Shown here: positions 55,466 to 64,000 of the stretch, piece by piece
Position numbering within the stretch: the first letter of the stretch is position 1
How the letters are laid out: each line of letters opens with the position of its first letter
Assembly: GCA_031423795.1 (NCBI GenBank)
Contig: JANPGH010000123.1
Coordinates: forward strand, 14,206 to 78,205
Direction: 5' to 3'
Length of the DNA: 64,000 nt
DNA from: Elusimicrobiota bacterium
Lineage (GTDB): Bacteria > Elusimicrobiota > Elusimicrobia > UBA1565 > UBA9628
Notes under the pieces: generated by a model
The model's database searches: none
The model's input: only the letters and a program-made list of their open reading frames with translations
What the model was told of the DNA's origin: nothing
Translations under genes and position numbers: made by a program

Positions 55466-58173
55466 GCTCTATAGCTGTCCTTAACAGACAAAAGCAGCAG
55501 CACGAGGCGCTTCAGGCTCGTCGAAACCAGGCGGGGAAGGCCTACGCCGATCTGATGAGCCCCTGGAGTTCCGAGGGCGATGCCGTCTGCAAGGAGCTTT
55601 CATCCGATCCCCAAGCGGGTCTCTCTCAAGGTGAAGTAACGGAGCGGCTGGAATTATACGGCCCGAACGCTCTTAAGGCGGAGCGCAAGACGCCTTGGTA
55701 CAAGCGGCTGCTGGCTCAATTCATGAGTCCTGTCGTGATCACGCTCATTATTGCCACGGTCATCTCGGCTTTCCTCGGCGAGCGGGCGGACGCCATCGCG
55801 ATTATCTCCATCGTGATCATCAACGCCATCGTCGGGTATCTTCAGGAGGCGAAGGCAGAGCAGGCCGTCGAGGCACTCAAGCGAATGTCCGCTCCGAAGG
55901 CCCGGGTCCTCAGAGGCGCAAACGTGATCGAGGTCGAAGCCCGTGATGTATGCCCAGGCGACATCCTCGTGCTGGAAGCAGGCGACTTTATCGCCGCGGA
56001 CGCCCGGCTGATTGTCGCCAGCCAATTGTCCACGGATGAGGCGGTCCTGACCGGGGAGTCGCTACCCGTCACCAAGACAACGAAGGTCCTTCCCAAGGAA
56101 ACTCCTCTGGCCGACCGGCTCAACATGCTCTTCGCCGGGACGGCCGTCGCCGGCGGCAGCGCCAGAGCTGTCGTCGTCGAGACGGGAATGAATACTGAGA
56201 TAGGCCGGATCGCAGGCATGATCGAGTCCGCCGGAGAGAGCCGGACCCCATTGCAGGAGCGCCTGGAGCAAGTCAGCTCGAAATTGCTTATTTTCTGCAT
56301 CGGTGTCGTCATTGTCGTCGCCATCTTCGGTCTCATTCATAAAGACCCGTGGATAGAGGTGTTGATGACCGGGATCAGTCTCGCCGTCGCCGCCATCCCC
56401 GAGGGACTGCCCGCCATCGTCACGCTCGCATTGGCGCTGGCAGTCAGGCGCATGTCGAAACGCAACGCCATCGTCAGGCACCTGCCCGCCGTAGAGACAT
56501 TGGGTTCCACGGACGTCATCTGCACCGACAAGACGGGAACGCTTACGACGGGAAAGATGGGCGTGCGCGATGTCGTCGTGGGAGCGAAAGCGTCCGTGGC
56601 GACGGATTCAGCGTCGTTAAACGGCGACGAGGGATTCGCAAATCTCGTCAGATCCTCCGTGCTCTGTTCGAACGCTTCGTTGGGAGACAAAGGGCAGGGC
56701 ATCGGCGATCCCACGGAAGTCGCTCTACTCCAACTCGCGAAGGAACACGGAGTCGATGGCGCCGCGCTCAATCACGAACATCCACGAATCGCGGAATGGA
56801 GCTTCGAGAGCGTACGAAAACGCATGAGCGTCGCTGTCTCCGACGGCGGCAAGTCGGTTCTGCACGTCAAAGGAGCGCCGGAGTCCGTTCTAGCACGATG
56901 CACGCTTTCCGAGTCCGATAAGCAGACGATCTCGGCGCAGATCGAGGCGCTTTCCTCCCAAGGAAGGCGGCTGCTGGCCGTCGCCTCACGGACCCTGGGA
57001 GAATCTCCCGCGGAGCTTCCCGCGAAGCAATTTACGGCGGATGCGGTCGAATCCGGGCTCACCTTCCTCGGATTGGTGGCCATGGCCGATCCCCCCCGCG
57101 CCGAGAGCATCGACGCGATCAGCAAGTGCCACGGCGCCGGCATCAAGGTCGTCATGATCACCGGGGACCATCCGATCACGGCGAAAGCCATCGCCACCGA
57201 GCTTGGCATCATCTTGCCGGGCAAATTCGACCAGGTGTTGACCGGCCCCGACCTCGACGCGCTCTCGGACGAGGCGCTGGTCAAGCGGGTCGAGCAGGTG
57301 GCGGTCTATGCCCGAGTTTCCCCCGAGCACAAACTTCGGATTGTGAAAGCCTGGAAGACCCAGGGCAGCGTCGTGGCGATGACCGGCGACGGGGTCAACG
57401 ACGCTCCCGCGCTCAAAGAGGCATCCATCGGAGTTTCCATGGGCAAAGGCGGAACGGAGGTCGCCCGCCAGGCATCCTCGATGATCCTGGCTGACGATAA
57501 CTTCGCCACCATTGTCTCCGCCGTTGAGGAAGGGCGAGCCATATTCGGAAATATCCGAAGAAGCATCCAGTATCTGTTATCGGGCAATCTGGCTGAGATC
57601 CTCATCATGCTGGGAGCAGCGGTCCTCGGCTGGCCCGCTCCGCTGGCTCCAATACATCTGTTGTGGATCAACCTCGTGACCGACGGCTTGCCCGCTTTGG
57701 CTCTGGCGGCAGAACCGGTACCGAAAGGACTCCTGACGAGCACGGGACGGCCGTCGCCGGCTTCATTTTTCGATCGCAACTTTTATCAGGAGATGATCCT
57801 TGTCGGCGTCACCGTCACGGTCCTGGCTTTGGCTGTGTACGGCTACAGCATGCGTTACGAAGACGAGATAACGGCCCGCACCCACGTTTTTACGTTCCTC
57901 GTCTTCGCGGAGCTATTCCGCTCTTTCGCCAACAGGAGCGAAACGAAAACATTCTTTCAACTCGGCCCAGCTTCGAACCTTTACCACCTGGGGGCCGTGT
58001 CCGTGCCGATCACGTTTCAGATGATGCTTCACCATACGACCTGGTTCCAAACCTTCTTCAAGGTGAGAATGGTGAACTGGACCGAGTGCCTCGTACTGCT
58101 GGCTTTGACCTTGGTCCCCGTCACATTTCTCGAGGTTAGGAAATATATGCGATTCGGGAGGACAGCGTCATGA
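55462..58173 (+). CDS. P2-type (SERCA/PMCA-like) cation-transporting ATPase
   Basis: TGESLPV, ICTDKTGTLT, AIPEGLPA, MTGDGVNDAPALK. ATGA overlap with the cusA stop. Confidence 0.8.
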   Translation: MSSIAVLNRQKQQHEALQARRNQAGKAYADLMSPWSSEGDAVCKELSSDPQAGLSQGEVTERLELYGPNALKAERKTPWYKRLLAQFMSPVVITLIIATVISAFLGERADAIAIISIVIINAIVGYLQEAKAEQAVEALKRMSAPKARVLRGANVIEVEARDVCPGDILVLEAGDFIAADARLIVASQLSTDEAVLTGESLPVTKTTKVLPKETPLADRLNMLFAGTAVAGGSARAVVVETGMNTEIGRIAGMIESAGESRTPLQERLEQVSSKLLIFCIGVVIVVAIFGLIHKDPWIEVLMTGISLAVAAIPEGLPAIVTLALALAVRRMSKRNAIVRHLPAVETLGSTDVICTDKTGTLTTGKMGVRDVVVGAKASVATDSASLNGDEGFANLVRSSVLCSNASLGDKGQGIGDPTEVALLQLAKEHGVDGAALNHEHPRIAEWSFESVRKRMSVAVSDGGKSVLHVKGAPESVLARCTLSESDKQTISAQIEALSSQGRRLLAVASRTLGESPAELPAKQFTADAVESGLTFLGLVAMADPPRAESIDAISKCHGAGIKVVMITGDHPITAKAIATELGIILPGKFDQVLTGPDLDALSDEALVKRVEQVAVYARVSPEHKLRIVKAWKTQGSVVAMTGDGVNDAPALKEASIGVSMGKGGTEVARQASSMILADDNFATIVSAVEEGRAIFGNIRRSIQYLLSGNLAEILIMLGAAVLGWPAPLAPIHLLWINLVTDGLPALALAAEPVPKGLLTSTGRPSPASFFDRNFYQEMILVGVTVTVLALAVYGYSMRYEDEITARTHVFTFLVFAELFRSFANRSETKTFFQLGPASNLYHLGAVSVPITFQMMLHHTTWFQTFFKVRMVNWTECLVLLALTLVPVTFLEVRKYMRFGRTAS

Positions 58174-58580
58174 TATCCAATGCTCCCATGTACATCATCG
58201 ACAGCGGCAGGACGGTCCACGATATCCAAAAGGATTTCCCCCGAGTCGCGTCGCGGCACAAATATGGAGTCCTGGCGGTTTACGATCTCCGTCAAAAGAT
58301 GCATGAGAAAGGCATCGCTTTCGCGCACGACTGCCTTGTCTTTTCGGTATGCAATCCCAAGCAGGCCAAGCATGTGCTGGAGGCAAACATGGGGATTTCC
58401 GCCCTCCTCCCGTGCCGCATATCCGTCTATAGAGAAAACAACCGCACGAAGATCGCGACAGTGAGGCCCACGGTTCTATTGAGCGCCCTCGGACACGCGC
58501 AACTCAAAGTGGCCGAGGACGTAGAGCGTAATCTCCTGCAAATCATGGAAGAACTGGCCGCACCGAAAAAGAAAAGATGA
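58170..58580 (+). CDS. DUF302-family protein
   Basis: Size and the pattern ...LVFSVCNPKQAKHVLEANMGISALLPCRISVY... fit DUF302. ATGA overlap with the ATPase gene. Confidence 0.55.
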   Translation: MISNAPMYIIDSGRTVHDIQKDFPRVASRHKYGVLAVYDLRQKMHEKGIAFAHDCLVFSVCNPKQAKHVLEANMGISALLPCRISVYRENNRTKIATVRPTVLLSALGHAQLKVAEDVERNLLQIMEELAAPKKKR

Positions 58581-58611
58581 GCTGGGCCGAGTGACAACGA
58601 AGGAGGATGTT

Positions 58612-58848
58612 ATGCATACAGGCGGCTGCTGCGGCGATAAAATGCGGGCGAATTGGGTCCTTTGGATTCTTCTTGCTTCCGTTGGCATCTACGCGGTCAT
58701 GGAGCATCGGAATCATCTGTTTCGGGCATTGCCTTACCTGATCTTCCTTGCTTGCCCGCTGATGCATCTCTTCCACGGTCACGCGCATCAAGGGAATCAT
58801 CAAGATGTCCAGCACGGCACTCCCCCTCTTCCCACTCAAAAGAAGTGA
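58612..58848 (+). CDS. DUF2933-like small membrane protein, Cys/His-rich
   Basis: MHTGGCCGDKMRANWVLWILLASVGIYAVMEHRNHL...CPLMHLFHGHAHQGNH. AGGAGG Shine-Dalgarno sequence at 58601. Confidence 0.5.
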   Translation: MHTGGCCGDKMRANWVLWILLASVGIYAVMEHRNHLFRALPYLIFLACPLMHLFHGHAHQGNHQDVQHGTPPLPTQKK

Positions 58849-58853
58849 CACCG

Positions 58854-59723
58854 ATGAACCATGATCATTTTATTGTTCCGCCGGGAAAAAAGATTCGCCT
58901 GAAGAATTACGATCCCGGATTCACGTGTCATTACAAGAACAAGGACGAGGCCTCCGAGAAACTGCGGAAGGACATCAAGCGGCTGGCGAAATATCAGAAC
59001 GTGCTCTATGCACACAAAACATACGCGCTGCTCGTGATGCTGCAGGCGATGGACACAGCCGGTAAAGACGGCGTGATCCGGCATGTGATGTCGGGCGTAA
59101 ATCCGCAGGGCACGCAAGTCCATTCTTTCAAAGCTCCTACAGCGGAAGAGCTTGGCCATGATTTCCTCTGGCGGAACATGAAGGCTTTGCCGGAACGCGG
59201 CGGAATCGGCATTTTCAACCGCTCGTACTACGAAGAGGTGCTTGTCGTCCGCGTCCATCCGGAGATTCTGAAGGCGCAAAACCTGCCGCCTGGAACAACG
59301 GGAAAAACCATTTGGAAGCATCGCTTCGACGAAATCAATAGTTTCGAAAAGTATCTTGTCCGGAACGGAATCGTCGTCTTGAAATTCTTTCTCAACCTCT
59401 CGAAAGAAGAGCAGAAACGCCGACTGCTCGCACGCATCAATACGCCGGAGAAGAACTGGAAGTTTTCCTTCAACGATGCCAAGGAGCGCGCGTACTGGGA
59501 TGACTACATGAACGCCTTTGAGGACACCTTAAATCACACCAGCACTGAACACGCGCCGTGGCACATCATCCCCGCCGATAACAAATGGTTCACCCGCACG
59601 GCTGTCGCCGACGTGATAATCGAAAAACTCAAATCGCTCAAATTGAGCTACCCGGCGGTCAGCGAAGAGCACCGGAAGCATCTTCTCGAGGCTAAAGTGC
59701 TCTTGGAAAATGAACCTGCCTAA
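58854..59723 (+). CDS. ppk2: polyphosphate kinase 2 family protein
   Basis: ...YALLVMLQAMDTAGKDGVIRHVMSGVNPQG...FNRSYYEEVLVVRVH... is the PPK2 signature. The start was moved to ATG 58854 (track ORF starts at 58653, overlapping the previous gene). Confidence 0.8.
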   Translation: MNHDHFIVPPGKKIRLKNYDPGFTCHYKNKDEASEKLRKDIKRLAKYQNVLYAHKTYALLVMLQAMDTAGKDGVIRHVMSGVNPQGTQVHSFKAPTAEELGHDFLWRNMKALPERGGIGIFNRSYYEEVLVVRVHPEILKAQNLPPGTTGKTIWKHRFDEINSFEKYLVRNGIVVLKFFLNLSKEEQKRRLLARINTPEKNWKFSFNDAKERAYWDDYMNAFEDTLNHTSTEHAPWHIIPADNKWFTRTAVADVIIEKLKSLKLSYPAVSEEHRKHLLEAKVLLENEPA

Positions 59724-59762
59724 AAAATGATCCGACTCAATGACACGTGTAAGGAGATAACC

Positions 59763-60332
59763 ATGAAAACATCCGCAGGAAACCTATCAGAGAAGTTGAA
59801 AGAGTCAGGTTCGACGAACAAGAGTGTAGTCGTCGCCGTCTATGACACTCACGTAGAGGCGGAGCAAGCGGTTCGTGAAATCCAGAAATCGGGATTCGAC
59901 ATGCAGAAACTGTCTATCGTGGGCAAGGATTACCAGACTGAAGAACAGGTAGTCGGCTATTACTCCACAGGCAATCGCATGAAATCGTGGGGCAAGACGG
60001 GAGCCTTCTGGGGTGGAATATGGGGGCTGATGTTTGGGTCAGCCTTCTTCCTTGTTCCTGGCATCGGACCACTGCTCGCAGCCGGACCGCTTGTCGGGTG
60101 GATAGTTGGTGCACTGGAAAGCGCGGTAGTGGTTGGCGGCTTGAGCGTGCTAGGCGCGGGCCTGTCTAGTATCGGGATTCCCGAAGACAGCGTCATCGAA
60201 TACGAGACGCAGATCAAAGCCGGGAAGTTCGTCATCATTGCCCACGGCTCGCCGGACGAAGTGAACAAGACCAAAGGCGCCCTCGCGGGGACCAAGCATC
60301 AAGGCATGAAAGAACATTCCTGCTGCGCGTAA
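59763..60332 (+). CDS. general-stress/DUF1269-like membrane protein
   Basis: VVVAVYDTHVEAEQAVREIQKSGFDMQKLSIVGKD followed by a Gly-rich TM segment. AAGGAG Shine-Dalgarno sequence at 59751. Confidence 0.5.
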   Translation: MKTSAGNLSEKLKESGSTNKSVVVAVYDTHVEAEQAVREIQKSGFDMQKLSIVGKDYQTEEQVVGYYSTGNRMKSWGKTGAFWGGIWGLMFGSAFFLVPGIGPLLAAGPLVGWIVGALESAVVVGGLSVLGAGLSSIGIPEDSVIEYETQIKAGKFVIIAHGSPDEVNKTKGALAGTKHQGMKEHSCCA

Positions 60333-60424
60333 GCGACGTTTTATGAAGACGGTAGCGGCGATAAGCACTCGTCGTAATAGGGCTTCGTCGCCGCTGCTGT
60401 CTTCAAGTCTCTGAGAGTTGACCC

Positions 60425-61633
60425 ATGGAATCTGCATTGCCTTGCGTTCTGACAATCAACGCCGGCTCATCGAGCATCCGATTTGCAGTGCATGAGGCAG
60501 GCGAAACGCCGCAGCGGCGGCTTGCTGGGAAGATCGAGCGTATCGGTTTGAGCGGCACGAATTTGATCGTCAACAGTCCGGCTGGGAAACCGCAAGTCCT
60601 TCGCGACCTTGTCGCCGCCGACCACCGTGCGGCTGTAGATTTTCTTCTGGACTGGATTGAGACCCAGCCGATCTTCGCGACGGTTAAAGCCGTGGGACAC
60701 CGCGTAGTGCACGGCATGAAGCATTCCGAACCGGAGCGGATAACGCCGAAGCTGCTCGCAGAACTGCGCTGCATCACGCCATTTGCTCCTATTCACCTGC
60801 CGCAGGAGATCGGACTGATCGACGCGTTCTTGCGGCGGTATCCGAAACTGCCTCAGGTCGCATGCTTCGACACGGCGTTTCACCGAACCATGCCGCGGGT
60901 CGCCAAGTTGTTGCCGATCCCGCGACGCTATGCGGCAAAAGGCGTCGAGCGTTACGGCTTCCATGGCCTGTCCTATACCTATTTGATGGAGGAACTCGAC
61001 CGCCTCGATCCCGCGGCCGCGAAGGGCCGCGTGATTCTCGCGCACCTCGGTAATGGCGCCAGCCTGGCTGCCGTTCGCCACGGTAAAAGCATCGATACCA
61101 GCATGGGCTTTACTCCCGCGGCAGGATTGGTGATGAGTACGCGCACAGGGGACCTCGATCCCGGCTTGATTTACTACCTCGCGCGCACCGAGCGCATGAC
61201 CGGAACGCAATTCCAGCGGATGATATGCCATGAATCAGGTCTGCTCGGGGTTTCTGAGACCAGCTCCGACCTGCGCGATTTGTGCGCTCGTGAAGCCGCC
61301 GATGTCCGGGCGGCGGAGGCGGTGGAGCTGTTTTGTTACCAGGCGAGAAAATGGATCGGCTCCTTTGCCGCGGCATTGGGCGGCCTGGACACGCTTATTT
61401 TCGCCGCGGGCATCGGTGAAAACGCGCCCCTCATTCGAAAGCGAATCTGCGACGGGCTCGGCTTTCTCGGCATCGAACTAAACAAAAGGAGCAATGCGAA
61501 GAATGCTCCTCTGATTTCATCGGAAGCCGCTCGCGTCAAGGTGCGGGTCATCCACACCGATGAGGAGCTCATGATCGCGAGGTCTGTCTCCCGCATTCTC
61601 AATCTCGGCCCGATTCGAAATTCTAAATCATGA
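60425..61633 (+). CDS. ackA: acetate kinase
   Basis: [15 protein letters not shown]...GHRVVHG...FDTAFH...YGFHGLSY...AHLGNGASL...GIGENA... Confidence 0.85.
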   Translation: MESALPCVLTINAGSSSIRFAVHEAGETPQRRLAGKIERIGLSGTNLIVNSPAGKPQVLRDLVAADHRAAVDFLLDWIETQPIFATVKAVGHRVVHGMKHSEPERITPKLLAELRCITPFAPIHLPQEIGLIDAFLRRYPKLPQVACFDTAFHRTMPRVAKLLPIPRRYAAKGVERYGFHGLSYTYLMEELDRLDPAAAKGRVILAHLGNGASLAAVRHGKSIDTSMGFTPAAGLVMSTRTGDLDPGLIYYLARTERMTGTQFQRMICHESGLLGVSETSSDLRDLCAREAADVRAAEAVELFCYQARKWIGSFAAALGGLDTLIFAAGIGENAPLIRKRICDGLGFLGIELNKRSNAKNAPLISSEAARVKVRVIHTDEELMIARSVSRILNLGPIRNSKS

Positions 61634-64000
61634 AAACCAGAGTGCTCGCGCCGGACCTTCTCCATAAGATCGATGCCTACTGGCGGGCCGCCAACTATCT
61701 ATCTGTCGGACAAATTTATCTTCACGACAATCCGCTCCTGAAACGGCCGCTGACGCTCGCGGATGTGAAGCGCATGCTGCTAGGCCACTGGGGCACGACT
61801 CCCGGGCAGAACTTCATTTATGCGCACCTGAACCGGGTCATCAAAAAATACGGCCTCGACATGATTTATGTTTCCGGCCCCGGGCACGGCGGCCCGGCCG
61901 TCGTGAGCAACACTTATCTCGAGGGTACTTACAGCGAGATATATCCCACCATCAGCCAGGACGAGGCCGGGCTTCGGAAGCTTTTTACTCAGTTTTCGTT
62001 TCCCGGAGGAATTCCCAGCCACGCATCACCGGAGACGCCCGGTTCGATTCACGAGGGCGGCGAGCTCGGCTATTCGCTCAGCCATTCATTCGGGGCGGTG
62101 TTCGACAACCCTGATCTCATTGTCGCCTGCGTCGTCGGCGATGGCGAGGCGGAGACGGGTCCTCTGGCCACCGCATGGCATTCGAACAAGTTTCTCGATC
62201 CAGTGACCGATGGCGCGGTGCTTCCGATCCTGCATCTCAACGGCTACAAGATTTCCAACCCGACCCTCCTCTCCCGCATCACCCGCGAAGAATTGGAACA
62301 GTTGCTCCGCGGCTACGGGTGGACGCCCTACTTCGTCGAGGGTCACGAGCCCGAACTCATGCATGAGGCCATGGCCGAGACGCTCGACGCGGCGGTGGAA
62401 CAGATCAGAAAATTCCAGCAAGATGCCCGCGTCCACGGCAACTTTGTGCGTCCACGCTGGCCGATGATCGTTCTCAAATCACCCAAAGGCTGGACGGGGC
62501 CGAAGATAGTCGATGGTTTGCAGATAGAAGGCGCCTTCCGGTCGCATCAGGTGCCACTCCACCCGGCCGCCCATCCCGAACACCTTAAGCTGTTGGAAGA
62601 CTGGTTGAGGAGTTACCGGCCAGAAGAAGTCTTCGATGCGCAAGGCCGCCTGAAATCGGAACTGGCCGAACTTGCCCCCGAAGGCAAACGACGCATGGGC
62701 GCCAATCCCCATGCCAATGGCGGCATCCTGCTCCGCGACCTGCGGATGCCGGATTTCCGCGACTACGCGGTCGAGGTGCCCTTACCCGGAGTACGCGGCA
62801 TCGGCGACACGCATGTGCTCGGACGTTTTCTGCGCGATGTGACGAAACTGAACAGGGAACAGCGAAATTTCCGGGTCTTTGGTCCCGACGAGACGCTCTC
62901 CAACGGCCTTGAAGCCCTCTTTGAAGAGACCAACCGCCAATGGGACGCCACGACCGCGCCGAACGACGAATTTCTTGCGCCCACTGGGCGCGTGATGGAA
63001 ATGCTCAGCGAGCACCAATGCGAGGGGTGGCTCGAGGGCTACCTGCTCACCGGGCGGCATGGCCTCTTCAACTGCTACGAGGCGTTCATTCACATCGTCG
63101 ATTCGATGTTCAATCAGCACGCCAAGTGGCTGAAAGTCACGTCGCACCTGCCGTGGCGGCGAAAGATCGCATCGCTCAACTACCTGCTGGCCTCGCATGT
63201 CTGGCGCCAGGATCACAACGGCTTCACGCATCAAGATCCCGGGTTCATCGACCACGTCGTGAACAAGAAGGCCGAGGTCGTACGCGTTTACCTTCCGCCG
63301 GATGCGAACTGCCTGCTCTCGGTGATCGATCACTGCCTGCGCAGTCGCCATTACGTCAACGTCGTGATCGCCGGCAAACACCCGGCGCCGCAGTGGCTGA
63401 CGATGGATGCTGCGGTCACGCACTGCGCCAAGGGAATCGGCATCTGGCAGTGGGCGAGTAACGACCAAGGCGCGGCCCCCGACGTCGTCATGGCCTGCTG
63501 CGGAGACGTCCCCACGCTAGAGACCCTAGCCGCCGTTTCCATCTTACGCGAGCATTTGCCCAATCTTAGAATCCGAGTCGTCAACGTCGTCGATCTCATG
63601 AAGCTGCAGCCGCAAACCGAGCACCCACACGGATTGAGCGACATGGATTTCGACGCGCTCTTCACCAAAGACAAGCCGGTCATCTTCGCCTTCCACGGCT
63701 ATCCAACTCTGATCCACAGGCTCACTTACCGCCGCGCCAACCACGACAACATCCATGTCCGCGGCTACAAGGAAGAGGGCACCATCACCACGCCCTTCGA
63801 CATGACCGTGCTAAACGATCTGGACCGCTTCCATCTCGTGATGGATACCATTGACCGACTGCCTCAGACCGGCGATAAGGGCATATCCCTGAAGCAACAG
63901 CTCAAGGATAAACTGATCGAGCACAAAAACCACATCGACCAATACGGCGAGGACCTACCGGAAATCCGCCATTGGAAGTGGGATGCGCCCAACGATGGGA
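61630..64000 (+). CDS. xfp: phosphoketolase (xylulose-5-P/fructose-6-P), 3' end outside the window
   Basis: Absent from the ORF track because it has no stop in the window. Manual translation from ATG 61630 (ATGA overlap with the ackA stop) gives [37 protein letters not shown]...[18 protein letters not shown]...[36 protein letters not shown]... Confidence 0.85.
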   Translation, partial: MKTRVLAPDLLHKIDAYWRAANYLSVGQIYLHDNPLLKRPLTLADVKRMLLGHWGTTPGQNFIYAHLNRVIKKYGLDMIYVSGPGHGGPAVVSNTYLEGTYSEIYPTISQDEAGLRKLFTQFSFPGGIPSHASPETPGSIHEGGELGYSLSHSFGAVFDNPDLIVACVVGDGEAETGPLATAWHSNKFLDPVTDGAVLPILHLNGYKISNPTLLSRITREELEQLLRGYGWTPYFVEGHEPELMHEAMAETLDAAVEQIRKFQQDARVHGNFVRPRWPMIVLKSPKGWTGPKIVDGLQIEGAFRSHQVPLHPAAHPEHLKLLEDWLRSYRPEEVFDAQGRLKSELAELAPEGKRRMGANPHANGGILLRDLRMPDFRDYAVEVPLPGVRGIGDTHVLGRFLRDVTKLNREQRNFRVFGPDETLSNGLEALFEETNRQWDATTAPNDEFLAPTGRVMEMLSEHQCEGWLEGYLLTGRHGLFNCYEAFIHIVDSMFNQHAKWLKVTSHLPWRRKIASLNYLLASHVWRQDHNGFTHQDPGFIDHVVNKKAEVVRVYLPPDANCLLSVIDHCLRSRHYVNVVIAGKHPAPQWLTMDAAVTHCAKGIGIWQWASNDQGAAPDVVMACCGDVPTLETLAAVSILREHLPNLRIRVVNVVDLMKLQPQTEHPHGLSDMDFDALFTKDKPVIFAFHGYPTLIHRLTYRRANHDNIHVRGYKEEGTITTPFDMTVLNDLDRFHLVMDTIDRLPQTGDKGISLKQQLKDKLIEHKNHIDQYGEDLPEIRHWKWDAPNDG

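Noticed and set aside
58653-58853. A 67-codon N-terminal extension of the PPK2 ORF.
   Set aside because: It overlaps the DUF2933-like gene in another frame and is Ser/Arg/Pro-rich. PPK2 homology begins at MNHDHFIVPPGKK (ATG 58854).

Overview
GC-rich bacterial chromosomal window with about 55 protein genes and 2 tRNAs. All family calls were made by eye from motifs; no searches were run.

Layout:
- 1-5.6 kb: a minus-strand operon encoding a large secreted HEAT-like repeat protein (missing from the ORF track because it runs off the window) and two tandem secreted kinase-fold paralogs. Each paralog is preceded by a nearly identical 58-bp element.
- 5.6-7.7 kb: a GlpD-like flavoprotein and a CADD/PqqC-like protein.
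- 7.7-19.2 kb: one long minus-strand operon. It encodes an OM barrel-TPR protein, a FliF-FliG-TPR fusion, an 803-aa coiled coil, FlbD, MotA, MotB, a lipoprotein, NifS, MnmA and another lipoprotein. A sigma70-like promoter and a leader resembling a GEMM-I c-di-GMP riboswitch sit in front.
- 20.5-30.4 kb: CHASE2-Ser/Thr kinase, PP2C and FHA genes directly upstream of korAB-sucCD.
- 31.4-31.7 kb: tRNA-Val and tRNA-Asp.
- 31.6-42.8 kb: an integrative element abutting tRNA-Asp. It carries a large serine recombinase, TerS-like/TerL, a PrimPol-helicase with an internal iteron origin, and an XerD-like recombinase, but no virion structural genes.
- 43-64 kb: a metal/stress block (CopA, CusCBA, SERCA-type ATPase, DUF302, DUF2933, PPK2, AckA, phosphoketolase).

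Best candidate for a novel system: the riboswitch-fronted orphan rotor-stator operon built around a natural FliF-FliG fusion. Second candidate: the capsid-less terminase/PrimPol element (satellite-like).
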